A stretch of DNA of 59,086 bases, counting the filler, from Dirinaria sp. TL-2023a (lineage: Eukaryota), in NCBI GenBank assembly GCA_051941275.1. It is 3 parts of 3 records of this genome, joined end to end, with 100 filler letters (N's around TTAATTAATTAA, not from the genome) between each part and the next. Parts side by side here need not be neighbours in the genome. Positions count along the whole stretch, not along the records: positions 1 to 19,655 come from JAVEBF010000321.1; positions 19,756 to 39,378 come from JAVEBF010000322.1; 1 more part is not named here. One strand, written 5' to 3'. Under the pieces are notes generated by a model. It was not told the origin of the DNA. It saw only the letters and a list, made by a program, of their open reading frames with translations, and did no database searches. The first letter of the stretch is position 1, and each line of letters opens with the position of its first letter. The translations under genes were made by a program, and so were the position numbers. Of this stretch, positions 10,973-26,400 are shown in pieces.

Positions 10973-12778
10973 ATGTTGATACCCCCGGCTCGAAAGCTAT
11001 GTTACGACATAGCCAGTCTAGATGGATTGAGACTCATCGCATATGGCTTTCTACTTCTTTTTTCTGTTGTGCTACTTAGAATGATGTACAATGCATGTAT
11101 ACATCCACTCAGTTCATTCAAAGGCCCATTCTGGGCTCGTTCCACACCTTTTTATCTCACATACCTATTCGCTAAGAAAAGGTCGCATTTGCAGACCAGG
11201 GAACTGCACCAGGAATACGGTAAGATAAATCAACATCCATACAGACTTGGCATTGAAACGTCAAGTAGGTAGCGTTGTTCGGCTTGGACCAAACCTCCTG
11301 AGCTTCGACGATCCAGCTTTGTTGCCCGAGGTCTATCACAGAAATGTCGAAAAGACCCCGTTCTATAGCACTGGCCTTGCCGGAGAGAAGCCACCTCTTC
11401 TTCAAATCCAGTCTCATGACGCGCACAAGGAACAGATGAAAGCACTGGCACCCAGCGTAAGTCTGGCTTCCTGTACAATTCTACCACCCGGGCTGAGCAT
11501 GCAAGTATTCCATGCACAATCTTAAATTACTTGAAGACGAAGTTGAGGAGCGAGTACATATGGTGATCAGCACTTTGCGAGAACGACACTGTCGGCGCAA
11601 CAAACCAGTCGATCTCTCGGAATGGACGAGGTGAGTCACACATATAGAAATCCTCCAAGCCCCATTTTCAGCGCCGACGCTGTGACCTCGTCTGACATGA
11701 TCAGGTGGTATGTCTACGACACAATCACCCACTTGATATACGGCCACCCCGTTGGCTTCGTTGAAAAAGGTGCAGACGTGGACAATCTTATCGGATCGTG
11801 GCACAACATGTTCCTACTCGGAGGCTTAGTGTCTACGTTGCCATGGCTTGTCCACCCCCTGATTACGTCGTGGCCTTTGAAGAAGTTCGTAATGCCTCAC
11901 AAAGGGCTCTCTTATGGCAGTGGAGCCATCATGGAGGCACACGGAAAATTCTTCCAGCATCGGCTGGACAATCCCCAGCTCGCGCATCCAGGCAATATAT
12001 TTGACAGCTTCCTTCGCATGAGCGAGAAGAACAAAGGACGCACTCTCGCCGATGCTGAGCGAGAGTGCTTTCTTCTGACCGTTGCCGCGCAAGACACCAC
12101 TGCTGGCTTCATCTCCCCACTGATCTCCTTGATCTCGACCAACGCTCGGGTGTTGAAAGCGCTACGTGAAGAGATCCGGGCTTTTGAGAACGCCGGCCGT
12201 CTCAGCAACCCGGTAGCAAGGTATGACGAGATTGCCGAGATGCCGTATTTCCAAGCGTGTGTTCGCGAGGCGCTACGGTTACAGCCGCCTACCCCCCTGA
12301 TCCTGCCACGGTATGTCGGCAAAGGCGGTATGATCATCGACGGCAAAGAGATACCCGAGGGAACCGAGATTGGGGCGAACCCCTGGGTAATCCACCGCGA
12401 CCGAGGAATCTTCGGTGAAGATGTGGATGATTTCAGGCCGGAGCGGTGGCTGGAAGACGAGGAGCGGGTCAAACAGATGAACAAGTACGACTTTACGTGG
12501 GGTTACGGAAGCCGCAAATGCGTGGGCAAGTACATCGCCATGATGGATGGTAAGAAATTTGTGCTACAGGTAAGCAGGTCCTCGGTCATGATCGCATCGA
12601 CCTTGTATTTTCTTTCTTGGGGTGTTGGTTTAACAACAACTGACCAATGCGGTAGCTGTTCCGAGATTTTGACATCTCCGCCGTGAACCCCGACAAGCCA
12701 TGGAGAAGCGAGAACTGGGGCATCAACGTATATTTCGATCAGTGGGTTCATCTACATGAACGTCACAGCAGCTCGTGA
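10973..12778 (+). CDS. Cytochrome P450 monooxygenase, 4 introns (11220-11267, 11457-11504, 11631-11704, ~12570-12655)
   Basis: N-terminal membrane anchor, HPLSSFKGP, VVRLGPN, I-helix AAQDTT, EALR (ExxR), PERW and heme motif FTWGYGSRKCVG. Confidence 0.93.
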
Positions 12779-14507
12779 CATGGCAGTAGACGGCTTGCAA
12801 GGTATGCTGAGAGCCGAGGCCCCGAATGGGAAGTTTCACCTGTTCCACCAACTTCGCTAGTGTTTGCTCTAATGTTCCCTTGCAGGTGGTGAAGGCTGAG
12901 AAAGCGCTTCAAGGATCGAAGTCATCTATGGAAAACCTTCCTGATGAAGGATGATTGCTTCAAAGCTGTTGCTAATGCTTTTGCCATACAGAGTACTCTA
13001 CATATGTGTACATAGGTACATTCCCTTGCAATTCATTTCGAGCCTACGATGAATGGGCCTTGGCCACGTGGAGCTGCAAGTGTACGGAGTACCTTATGCT
13101 GTGGCTCGTTCGTTCAAGTTCCACCGCAGCTAATCGGGCCAAAGCCTTACCATCGGCAGATGGCTGGTCGCATAAGGTCAGGTACATACCTGCCGTGCTA
13201 ATCGTCAGTCACAGCCTTGCAAGCAGAAGGGAGCACAATAATGAAGGTGAGACCTAGAATCGAAATCACACCGATAATAATATAATGGACGACGCGAAAC
13301 TTCATTAGAGTTCGCGAATCCTTCAATGGCTGCCTTGTAGGATTTTGGCGAACTATGTGCGAGTGGGGTCGAGTCGCCATCAGCCGCAAAAAGATCGGAA
13401 GTTGTGTGCATGCAGTTGCAGACCACGCATGCAGCTTGTGCTCTTGGGGTCAAGGGGGTGTGGTTGGATTTAGAATCTTAGCGCATTATTTTGGTCTCGG
13501 CGAGGATCGGCCCGACCATTGGTAGTCATACATTGGACCACCGACCCGACGGCGACGGACCCCATTTTGGCCCAGTACAATTACGGTATTTTATGCAGCA
13601 GCCTGTGCACTGTCTACATACCTACGGTAATCACGTGGGGTGTGGAAGGCTGCGTCATCGGGCATAAAGTCTGCATTAAGTCTGCACTAAGTTGTAGCGC
13701 ACAAAAAGCTTCTCTTCGTGTCTGAAACAAGGCTTCTGCCGTCATCATCCGATGGAGCAAAGCACGAACTCTAAGGGAACAGTAGGAATTTGCTGACCTT
13801 GCCCACTGTAGCGCTCATTGGCACAAGGCAACCACCGTTTCTCCTCTCGTGGCTACGATGATGCGATGGGCTGGCGCCATCTATTTCAAACACCACGACC
13901 TTAAGGTCGCAGTCTGTTTCTACTCCAGCCGGAGTGCCATAGGCTCTTCGCTTCACACCACTTCTCCTCGTCGATGACCTTATTGGTTGATTCAGCCGTG
14001 GGGCAGGATGCTGGTCTGCCACATCCTTCCAAAGCCACTGGGCTGACCCTTAGGGTCTTTTATGATGCAGCCTCCGTCAAGCCATTGATGCACTTAATAC
14101 CCGAGATTGACATGGCAAGTACCAACGCTGTCTACTTTGAGCGTTGATCAAGCCATCTGTGCGGCAAAGCTCATCGGCTTAACGCAAAAAATCCAAAACC
14201 TACAGTATCCACATCAAGGTCTTGCCGACTCTTGCGATTTGGCGTCTGAAAGAACATCATCGCTTTTTTCGCGAGAAACTTTGGCGACTCTTGATCTGTG
14301 AGGTAAAAAAGGAGCGCGAGACCCTCGTAGTGATATCGTAACAAAAAAAAAAAAAAGATGCTATTCACACACTTGCGGGAGCTGTGAACTGTAATAATCC
14401 TGCGCTCGTACGATACCAGGTCTGCGTCCTCTGATTGCACCACTCTTGTGCCCTTGATCCGGTCTCTATCCGGGCTGTGAGAGTCGGACACCCTGCATTC
14501 CACGAGA

Positions 14508-16942
14508 ATGAATGGGTCGCTGTTCGGTCTCCTGGGCTCATGCATGCTTCTGCTGCTGCTGCCGCTGCTGCCTGTCATCTGCACAGCAGCGGGGTCGATT
14601 CCTCCCCTGCCAGGCAATTACTCCGGCGACCTTGGTCCTGAAGCAGTTTACAGCTACGTGGTATGCTTGAATCGTGACTTGACTTTTTGAGCGATTGGTG
14701 TCAAAATAGCAACCGACGCACGGGCTGATGAAGTTGTCGCGCTAGATCGTTGGAGGCGGTACGAGTGGTCTCACGGTCGCGAAACGACTAGCAGAGACTC
14801 CGGGCGTATCCGTCGCTGTCATCGAAGCTGGAGGTTTTTACGAAATCGAAAGCGGCAATGTCAGCGAAATACCAGCCTTTGCGACCAAGGGCACTTCCGG
14901 TGATCCCTCTCAGAAGCTGCCAAACGTCGATTGGGGCTTTGTGACCACACCGCAGTCGGTAAATCATCCGGCACGGCATCCTTGTTCGGATTTTTACTGA
15001 TACACGAGCAAAAGGCTTTGAATGGACGTGAAGTCTTTTACGCTCAAGGGAAAACGCTAGGCGGAGGGTAGATTCCATTAACCCTTCCCCCACCCGTACC
15101 ATCACGCATTAACGACTGGGCAGGTCAGCACGAAATGTGCTTGCATACCAAAGGCATGCAGTGCCAATTTTCTGTCAATGATCCCATGCTGATCTGTGAT
15201 TCAGAGGTACGAGAGGCTCTTACCAGAGGTGGGCAAGTGAGGTCAAGGACCAAAGCTTCACTTTTGATAATCTTCTTCCCTACTTCGAGAAGAGCCCGGC
15301 CTTCACACCACCAAATAGCACTACTATCCTGAATGGAAGCTCCATATCCAACAGGACTGCGTTGTTCAGTCCGAATGGTGGCCCTCTGCACGTTTCATAC
15401 AGCCACTATCGTCAACCTTTTACCCCTTTTATTCAATCGGCCTTGGCAAAGCTCGGGTTGAAGGCAATTGCGGATTTTACTTCTGGGACTTTACTTGGGT
15501 TTGCGCCATTCGCTGCCACTATAGACCCTGCCACGGAGACCAGGAGCTCCTCAGAGACTTCCTTCCTGCGAGCAGCTGTCTCCGAACATGAGCGTGTGGT
15601 GGTATATAACCATACAACTGCTCAAAGGATCCTCTTTAATGCAAATCGGACTGCAACACGAGTGCTTGTCAACAAAGCTGGAGCTAACTACACATTGAGG
15701 GCGACGAGTGAAGTGATAGTTGCCGCTGGTGTGGTGAGCATTGACAGAAAGGCCTCTACTCCACATCTGCAAGTGAGCTGACACGGCCAGTTCAAATCTC
15801 CCCAACTCCTGATGGTCTCAGGTGTTGGGCCTCCAGCAACTCTTCGCAAGCATGGCATACAGGTCATCTCTGCACTGGACGGCGTTGGCCAAAATCTTTG
15901 GGTTCGTCTGGCTTATAGGTGAACGATGGGTCTGATGTTTGCTGATGTAAAGTTGTAGGATCATGCGTATTACGGCATTGGGTACCGTGTCAACGTTACG
16001 ACCGATCAAGAACTAGCCAATCCAGCCTATCTCCAGCAAGCGACTACGGACTTTATTCAGCACCAAGCTGGGCCGCTGACCAATATTGGAGCAGATATCA
16101 TTGGTAGATGTTCCTCCCGCCGCACAAAAGCAAGAAACTTATCGCTTTTAGGATGGGAGAAGGTTTCGGCCAAATATCGAAACAAGTTTACTAATTCCTC
16201 GATTGAGGACTTGGCTCAATTTCCACCTGACTGGCCGGAGTTGGAGCTCCTCCCGATCGCTGCGGCAACTTTCCCGGTCAACGATACGGCCAACTATGCG
16301 TCATTCACAGTGGCTAATGTGGCTCCGGTATCGCGGGGCAATGTGACTATCCGGTCGACAAACACCAACGACCAACCTCTCATCAGTCCGAATTGGCTTT
16401 TGTCCAAGGCGGATCAAGAAGTCGCCATTGCCGGCGTTAGGAGAGCGCGTGAAATTGCCGCCAACAGCGGTATTGTCGTAGGGCAAGAAGTGGTCCCAGG
16501 CCCGAATGTGCAGACGGATGCTGAGATCCTGGCATACCTCCGGGAAACCGCTTACACGATCCACCATGCCTCTGCTACTTGTAAGCTTGACATTCTTTTG
16601 TGCAGCGAGTCTGAGAGACTACGCTGCAGCCCTTGCCGTTTTCATGTTGAAGGGCTAACTCGGTTGGTAGGTGCCATGGGGCCGTCGACGAACCCTATGG
16701 CTGTAGTGTCCACGACAGGTAAAGTGCATGGTGTGAGCGGGCTTCGAGTCGTAGACGCTTCTACATTCCCATTACTTCCTCCTGGTCATTGTCAAGCCAC
16801 AGTCTGTACGTTCAAACCCCCCATCTGTTTTACTTCATGATCGGAATATATTTGGGGAGAGTAGAAAGACTAACATCACACACCTTGGCTTTTAGACGCA
16901 CTTGCAGAGAAATATGCCGATGATATTAAACATGGCAGGTAG
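14508..16942 (+). CDS. Secreted GMC oxidoreductase (versicolorin B synthase/PatE-like subgroup), many introns
   Basis: Hydrophobic signal peptide; spliced [19 protein letters not shown]...[52 protein letters not shown] and [16 protein letters not shown] motifs; last exon ends [14 protein letters not shown]. Confidence 0.88.
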
Positions 16943-17421
16943 ATGGCATAGGCTGCATCAGAGCATGGAATGCAAAAGCAGTGGGTAGTGTAGAAATCAG
17001 CCTCTCTTGTATGATTTGTAGGATACACATGTCCCTTGTGCCTGATCTTACCTTACCAACCTACTTTACCTTATATACCCCCCAGCGACTCGAAAAGGGA
17101 TATTCTGTTGCACAGCCTATGTACCGAAACATAACCGGAAGAACAATGATCCTCCTGCTACTTTACTTTACTTTACCTTAGCCTTGGACCCTTGCATAAA
17201 CGCTCAAGTGGGGGCGGTTGAATGTTGTGCGAATTTATGCCCAGGCAACATTGCATATATCAGCCTCCAATACCTTTGCTTCATGTCAGTTCCAATCACC
17301 TGTCTTCTTTACTCCATTTATTCGACGGTCTCCCCGCTCTACAATTCCACCGCGTTCACCGCATTCTCCCGGCCTCTTCCCCTAGACTATTCATCCAATC
17401 CTCACTCCCCAATTCTCGAAA

Positions 17422-19345
17422 ATGTCTCCTGCTCATGAAGAATATGATTTTGTAATCATAGGAGGCGGCACGGCCGGTCTCGTACTCGCCAACCGGCTGA
17501 CCGAGAATGCGAATATCAGCGTGCTGGTTCTGGAAGCCGGCACGGACCGTGTTCAAGACAAACGTGTCATGATTCCGGGCATGTCGTCTGCGCTGTATGA
17601 CAACGAGGAATTTGATTGGATGTTCAGATCGGTCCCGCAGGTAAGCCATCCTTAACTCCGCGCTTGTCACTAGGTAGAATCGTGCTTATTCACCGTATAT
17701 GGCACGCTAGGAGCACCTGAAAGGGAAAGTCATCTCGTACCCGAGAGGCAAGACTGTAGGTGGTTCCAGTGCTATCAACATCCTTGGTCTTGTCTACCCC
17801 AGCCAAACGAGCATCGATAATTGGGGCAAATTGGGCAATGAAGGATGGGATTGGGATCGGCTTTCGCCGTACTACCGCAAATTCCAGACGTTCCATCCAC
17901 CCTCTGAGGCGGCCAAGGAATCTCTCGGGGTCAATTATATCGATCAAGGTATTCAAGGACATGCAGGTCCCGTGCACAGCTCGTATCCTGATTTTGTCAA
18001 TCCGCTCGTCAAAGCCTGGCCGAAGGCTCTGGAAAATCTCGGCTGGCCCATTACGGGGGATCCCATGTCCGGCAACAGCATTGGCGGCTTCAGTGGTCCG
18101 TATACCGTGGACCCCAGGGACCGTGTGAGGAGCCATGCTGGTAGTGCATACTACGCGCCTATTGCGGAGCGACCGAATTTGGAATTGGCCACAGAGGTTC
18201 TTGTGGAAAAATTGATGCTTGAGCAAGATGATACCAGTGGACTCGTCGCTAAAGGCGTCTACTTCTCTCGCCATTATGAGCGGACACTGGTCAAGGCGCG
18301 GAAAGAGGTCATTTTGGCCGCTGGCGTCTTCCAGACACCTCAGCTCCTAGAGCTCTCGGGAATTGGATCTCGTGAAGTGCTGCAACAGCATGGTATCGAA
18401 GTGGCCTTGGAGAACACGAACGTAGGAGAGAATCTCCAAGACCACGCCATGACCGGTCTCTGTGCCGAGGTCAAAGAAGGGATCCCAACCGGCGATCTGC
18501 GTCGAGACCCAAGCTTTGTGGCGAAAGCGAAGGAGCTGTACGAGCAGCAGCGCACCGGCCCACTCACAGCCGGCTTTCCTTCATTTGCTTTCTTGCCCCT
18601 CGCAGGCTGGGCGGACGACACGAACATCGAGCATCTGCTGAAGGAACATGTATCAAAGTATCCAAACGACAAAGACACCCGACCATCGAGCGAAGCCCAA
18701 GCGCAATGCCTGCGCTCCATCATCACATCGCCCCACGAAGCAAGCGTCCAATTATGCCTCGCCACCTCGCAGGTCCACTTCGACAAAAGCAGCTACGGGG
18801 ACGTCTTTGCCGTCACCGAGCCCGAGAGCTACGCGGCCATCCTCGTCTCCCTGCCACATCCCTTTTCCGCCGGAACAGTGCACATCGGCAGTAAAGACCC
18901 AGCGCAACTACCCATCGTAGACCCCCGCTTCATGAGCCACCCGCTCGACGCAGAGATCCTCGGGCGCCACGTGAAAGCCTTGGATCAACTCCTCGCCGCC
19001 GAGCCTCTGGCCGGCTTGCTCAAGCCGGGAGGGAAACGCCTGCCCGCGCAGTCCCCACTATTTGCGCCGGACAACTCGACCGATGCGGGCAAACGGCTGG
19101 AGGCCGCGCGGGAGCACGCCCGCACGTATATCCGGAGCACGTCGCATCCGGTCGGCACGTGCGCGATGCTGCCCCGGGATCAGGGCGGGGTGGTGGATCC
19201 GCGTTTGCGGGTGTATGGCGTCAAGGGACTGAGGATCGTGGATGCGAGCGTGTTCCCCATGGTGCCGAGGGGGAATATCCAGAGCACGGTGTACGCGGTC
19301 GCGGAGCGGGCGGCGGATTTTGTCAAGGAGGAGTGGCGTCTCTAA
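17422..19345 (+). CDS. Intracellular GMC oxidoreductase (aryl-alcohol/choline dehydrogenase-like), intron 17641-17710
   Basis: [59 protein letters not shown] and [11 protein letters not shown]...GN motifs; no signal peptide. Confidence 0.93.
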
Positions 19346-19655
19346 GTAGAAAGATTATTTTTTGCGCCGAAGAAGAAGTTCTTAATCCACTGCGCGAGTT
19401 CCTATGACTATGATAGATGCTACGTCGAGGAATATCGGAAAGAGAGAGAGATTTGTCGTCAGTCTATCCCTTAACCCTCCTAACCTAGCCCAAAAAAAGA
19501 AATAAAATATAAAACCTCCTCCCCCTCCTCTATAACATCCCATCAACGCTTCTGTCTTATTAGATCCATACCCTTTAATCCCCAACCCGAACCATTACAT
19601 CGACATAGAAAAACATCGATCATAACTCAAGCCCCCTTTCTTTTCTTTTCTTTTC

Positions 19656-19755
19656 NNNNNNNNNNNNNNNNNNNNNNNNNNNNNNNNNNNNNNNNNNNNT
19701 TAATTAATTAANNNNNNNNNNNNNNNNNNNNNNNNNNNNNNNNNNNNNNNNNNNN
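19656..19755. other. Assembly gap with artificial TTAATTAATTAA linker (19700-19711)
   Basis: A 100-nt N run with a central 12-mer carrying stops in all six frames; the same structure recurs at 39379-39478. Confidence 0.97.
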
Positions 19756-20441
19756 GTCTCCATCCACCCGCCCTCCACAACCCCATACTCGGCCCTCGCG
19801 TCCTTGCCCCCCCCTTCATAGTCCTCGCCCGCGTCGGCCAGGTCCTCCATCGCCCGCTCCAGATACCGGGGCAGGTACTCCATCGGCGACGGCAGCCTCA
19901 GCTCGAACCCCAGCACCCGCAAGAGAATCAGCTCCGCCTGCACGAGCGTCGCGCGCAGGTTGTCGTATGTTTCGGATGGGATCTTGAGGGTGTCCTGGAA
20001 CGGGTCCGCGGGAGGATGAAGGAGACGGTGGGCGGGGAGGAGGATCTCGCGCAGACGCCGTGGCGATTCGGTGGCTTTGCCGGCTAGGGAGAGGGTTGCG
20101 AGGGCGAGAGTCTGGGGGGGAAAAGAGGGGGAGATTGTGTCAGGGAGGTTTTCTTTTAATGACAGGGTATATATAACTCGGGCCGTTGATGGTGGGGGGT
20201 TCTCTTGAAAAGGGAGACAGACGTACGAGTCTAGAGGGTCCGGTACTGCTGGTTGGGGGTTCTGCTCGTGGAATCGTTTGTATTTGTTGGCGTAGATGTA
20301 GGACATGGCGAGTGCTTCATCTGGCCTGGAGCGGAGTTAACATAGTTGTCTTGCTGGTAGGTCGGGTTGTAGAGTGGCTTACAGACGGAGAAGGTCAGCC
20401 ATCGTGTCAGTGAAGGCAATTGGGTCTTTAGGGAGAGGCAT
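19756..20441 (-). CDS. Cyclin-fold protein (transcriptional cyclin L/T/K-like), 3' end lost in the gap; 2 introns
   Basis: Spliced MPLPKDPIAFTDTMADLLRLPDEALAMSYIY...TLALATLSLAGKATESPRRLREIL...AELILLRVLGFELRLPSP matches cyclin-box helices (LAxK and E-x-x-x-L-x-x-L-x-F). Confidence 0.75.
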
Positions 20442-21163
20442 TGTGGGCAATGGAGTTGCATGGATGGCGAGAGAAGGGCTGGAGCATTGTATGAGGTAGA
20501 TCAAATAGATGTCTTGGGGGCGTAAATGTTTTCAGTAGCGACATTCAAAGCTACCTCTACCTTGAGCAGCATTCGAAGCGACAATACCACTTCTTACTCT
20601 ACATACATAATAGCCCTGCATCAATTCTTGCCGTGTCATCAAATTGACTGGACTGTGTCAATTCAGAGAGCACAACTCTTCTTCAAACCCCCGCGGATCG
20701 CGGGTGAGATGATGAAAAGAACACTGATGACAGGTTGTGTGGACCATCAAAAATTGCGCCGACGAGGATGCCGAAACATACTCGACAATTCTTGCCGCCG
20801 CGATGTGCAATGCAGGGCTCGAACCGTGAGGGAAGATTTTTTTGATCTTCCTCCTCTCTCAACAAGGTAAGTATGAGGAATCAAAAGAATGATTTGGGGG
20901 GCGGGTGACGGGTTAAATAGTAGAGGACAGGATGCCGGGTAGCGAAGTGTGAAAACGGGATCACGCTAAGGAACTCTGGCTTCATTTTGCTCGCCAAATT
21001 TTTGGTCGCGTCAAACACAGGCTCTTTCTCAAAATCACTGTAACTGACCCAAGATCAAAGCCTTACACCCTTTCCACTAGATCAGGGAAGTAACCCTCAA
21101 TAGTCATCTCCGTCGAACTCTGACTCCCAAACAACAAGCCTCAGACAATATACTTCTGCTGCG

Positions 21164-22747
<1,584 letters not shown>

Positions 22748-22770
22748 AATGTTTCATCAGATCCTCTTTA

Positions 22771-22796
22771 TTTTTTTTTTTTTTTTTTTTTTTTTT
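22771..22796. repeat. Poly-T tract downstream of RVB1
   Basis: Uninterrupted T run. Confidence 0.9.
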
Positions 22797-23348
22797 CATG
22801 AGATTCATTCATGCCTGCCCGTAAGATTGGCGTGAGATCAAAAAATCAACCCTCTCCCTTTCTTGTTATGTAGAAAGGAGAAAGACAGAGAGAAAGAGGA
22901 AAATAGATACCCAGAAGCAAGCGGAACCGTATGGGATACTGTACGCAACTCCCGCCGTATTGTACCGCTGAACGCACCTCATTCCCGAAAAGATCGTAAC
23001 GACTTACCTTATCATAAAATATCTGCGGTTCTACGTCTACGCCCGGTAAAGATAGTGAACCTAGTTAAGACAGATAGATAGACTGGAGACGAGATGTAGA
23101 TGGGATACAGGAAACATGCATGCATGGATCCTTGATGAGTTGTTGAATAAGGGGGGAAAGGGGGTTTTGTTTCCCATGATTATTTCATTGCTCTCTCATG
23201 AAATCTTCATCAATTCATTGCTTGTCACTGTATATATATACTGTAAAATCCTCCGAACGAACATACCTTACCTGCAATCTCAATTCATACCCATTCATAG
23301 CTAGCTATCGAAACCACCCGAATCCTGAGCGTCAGCATCACCAACAAA

Positions 23349-23410
23349 CAAGCAAGCAAGCAAGCAAGCAAGCAAAGCAAAAGAGTGACTTAAAAAAAAA
23401 AAAAAAAAAA
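23349..23410. repeat. (CAAG)n microsatellite plus poly-A tract just beyond the hxA stop
   Basis: caagcaagcaag... at 23349-23374 and an A run at 23392-23410. Confidence 0.85.
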
Positions 23411-23450
23411 GATGGAAAAAACCCTCATAAAAACATCATCAAAATCCAAG

Positions 23451-26400
23451 TCATATAGACATGAAAAAACTCTTCTCGCCCTCCTTCGGCACAACCATCG
23501 CCCGTTTGAGAATCGGATCCGCGCAGCTGACCCGGATCCGCTCGGGCGTGGCGGGGCTCTGCAGACTCAGGACCGCGCGCTCGCCATGCTGCTGCCGCGC
23601 GGCTTTCAGGGCGTCGCGGATGGCGAAGAAGACGCTGCTGCCCATGAAGAGGGGGGGTTCGCCGACGCCGCGGGAGCGCTGGATGGTGCGCAGGTTCTCC
23701 CACTGCACGTCCTTGAGCAGGCTGACGTTGAACTGCTGCGGGATGTCGCGGAAGCCGGGGATCTTGTAGGTGCCGGGGCCCTTGGTGAAGAGCTGGCCCG
23801 AGGCGCGGTGCCACAGGCTCTCTTCCGTCGTGAACAGACCCTGGCCCTGCACGAACGCGCCTTCGATCTGCCCGTAGTCGATCGCCGGGTTGATCGACCG
23901 CCCCACGTCCATTTTGATGTCCGCCCGCACGCACGTCCAGTCCCCCGTCAGCGTGTCGATTTCCACTTCCGCCGCCGTCACCCCCTGCGTGAAGTAGTAG
24001 AACATCTGCCCCGTGTTGGGCCCCCAGACGTAGCCGATGTCCGGGGTCTTGTAGAAGCCGTTCGCCGAGAGGTTGACCCGGTCGAAGTACGCCGCATGGG
24101 CGAGTTTCTTCATGGGCGCGTCTTTGCCGAGTTTTTCACGGTATGGAGCAAGGCGTTTGTTGAGTTGTTCGCAGGCGTTGTAGATGGCGTAGCCGTTGAG
24201 ATCGCTGGATGCAGAGGCCGCGGTGGAAGATGTGTTTGGGACCGTGTTCGTTGCGGTTTCGGAGATGAAGACGTCTGATAGCGGGACGTCGAGGGCTTGA
24301 GCGGCGATTTGGGTCATCTTCGTGTGCAAGCCTTGACCCATTTCCGTGCCGCCGTGGGCGACGAGAACGGATCCGTCATGGTAAATGTGTACCAGGGCGC
24401 CGGCTTGATTGAGGAAGATGGCCGTGAAGGAAATACCGAACTTGGTGGGGATGATAGCAAGGCCGCGCTTTTTCCATTTAGAGGAGGCATTGTATCTCTG
24501 AACTGCTCTCCGCCGCTCTATGTAGTCTGCTTCCTTGAGAACTTGTTGATACATCAACGGAACGTGCCAGTCTTTCAGCTCTTGGTTAAAATGTGTTTTT
24601 TCGCTGGGTTTGTAGAAATTGATCTGTCGAAGCTTTTCCACCGGCATACCCAAGCGGTCTGCAACCTCTTCCATGTACGTTTCGGCAATGAACATGCCTT
24701 GAGGACCGCCGAAACCTCGGAAGGCTGTGTTGGAAACTGTGTTCGTTTTTGCCAAACGACCCCTGACGTGTACATTGGGGATCCGATAGCATCCATCGAT
24801 GTGTGACAATGCTCTATCAACGACAGCACCGCTCAGGTCTTGACTCCAACCCGCGTTACCAAAGACATCAGCATCCAAGGCCTGGAGCTTCCCGTCTTTG
24901 TTCACTGCAACTTTCCATCGTGCTATAAATGGGTGTCGTTGACCCGAAGTTGCAATGTCATCATCCCTGTTCAGCATGCAGCGTACGGGGCGTCTCATCT
25001 TGTTCGCAGCAACGGCGCAGATGCCTGAGAGCTGGATAGACCTAGTCTCTTTGCCACCGAAACCACCCCCTAGGCGTTTGACCTTGGACACAATCTTGTT
25101 CGCTTGAACGCCTGTAACTTGAGCGACGTAGGCTTGCCTGCATTAGAATTAGTAGCCGTTTCGGGGACGACTTTGGCGGACAGTGTCCGCTAAGAGATTC
25201 TTACGTTTCAGTGGGATTCTGCGTGCTGCTAAAGACCTCCATCTCACCATCCTCAGGCTTGGGTATCACAACGCAGGCTTGAGTCTCCAGATAAAAATGT
25301 TCTTGTCCGCCCATACGGACTACCCCATTAAATACGTGATCTGCCTTTTCGAAAGCACCTTCGACATCGCCAACATTAATATAACGATAGTGGTCAAAGT
25401 AACTCTCGTGAGCGATCGCCTCTTCGATAGTGAAGATCGCAGGCAAGTCCTCGTAAACAACTTTCACGACTCTGGCTGCAGCCTCTGCGCGCTTTGCAGA
25501 ATCTGCGAGAATCATACCAATCGGCTGGCCAGCGGTGAATACTTCGTCGACTGCAAAGAAAGTCTCGTCACACGATGGAGCTCCCCACCAATTGGCTTGT
25601 GGATTTGGTAGATCATGGCGATCCACCCAGCCAGCAACACCCGGCAATTCGAATGCTGGAGAAGCATCGACGCTCAACAATTTCGCATGAGCTTTCGTCG
25701 ACAACACCAGGTGCCCATAAAGCTCGTTGCGCTGCACAGGTATGTCATCTGTGTACTGAGCTTCCCCGGTACATTGTTTTAGCGCCGCCAGATGTGGGTT
25801 TGCCTTGCCCACGATTCGCTGGCTGTAGGCTTGGGTAGAATCATGGTCTTTCTTTCCTACAGATATGGCTCGTTCAATCTCACCCCGCACATCCTCGTCA
25901 ATATCTACTTCCTTCACCTTGAGTTCCGAGAGTACTTCGTGGTAAAACCTGTAGAAGAAACCCAGCGCAAGTGATTTTCGATACGTTGCCATTCCACCGG
26001 GCACGCCGAAGCGAAGATCAAAGTCGTTCCCAAGGGCTGACATCGTCTTTTCAAGGGTTTTCGGGTCTGTCCATCTCTTTCCTTTAAGGTAGGTTTGCGC
26101 TTCTTTTGCGGACACAGTAGTCGGTGCCATGCCTCCGTAGACAAGATTCACAGACTCAACAATATTGGAGTTGTTCAGGCTAACACGTAATGCAGCATTG
26201 ACAATAGCGATATCGTCATCTTTCCGTTTCGCTTGCTTGTATGCACGAAGATGCTCACCATTTGCACGCGACAATGGAATACGCAAGCAGGCTATAATGG
26301 CGTCAGGTGGCAAAGCTGTCATTCTGTAACCTTTGAAAAACTCTGTCATGGGAATCTCGATCTCTTTGTCCCGTGATTTGGCAACCAAGACTGTCCTTGT

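Noticed and set aside
12800..14500. Short ORFs in long intergenic regions (also 9000-10900 and 33550-34500)
   Set aside because: Mostly non-ATG starts, no motifs or coherent exon chain; treated as promoter or intergenic DNA.
19700..19711. Palindromic TTAATTAATTAA inside both N runs (also 39423-39434), superficially like a piggyBac TTAA target
   Set aside because: Identical placement in the centre of 100-nt gaps marks it as an artificial six-frame-stop contig linker.
23412..24278. 288-aa plus-strand ORF antisense to hxA, and similar shadows at 866-1537, 11912-12484 and 22163-22684
   Set aside because: Explained by codon bias of the real gene on the other strand; no recognisable motifs.
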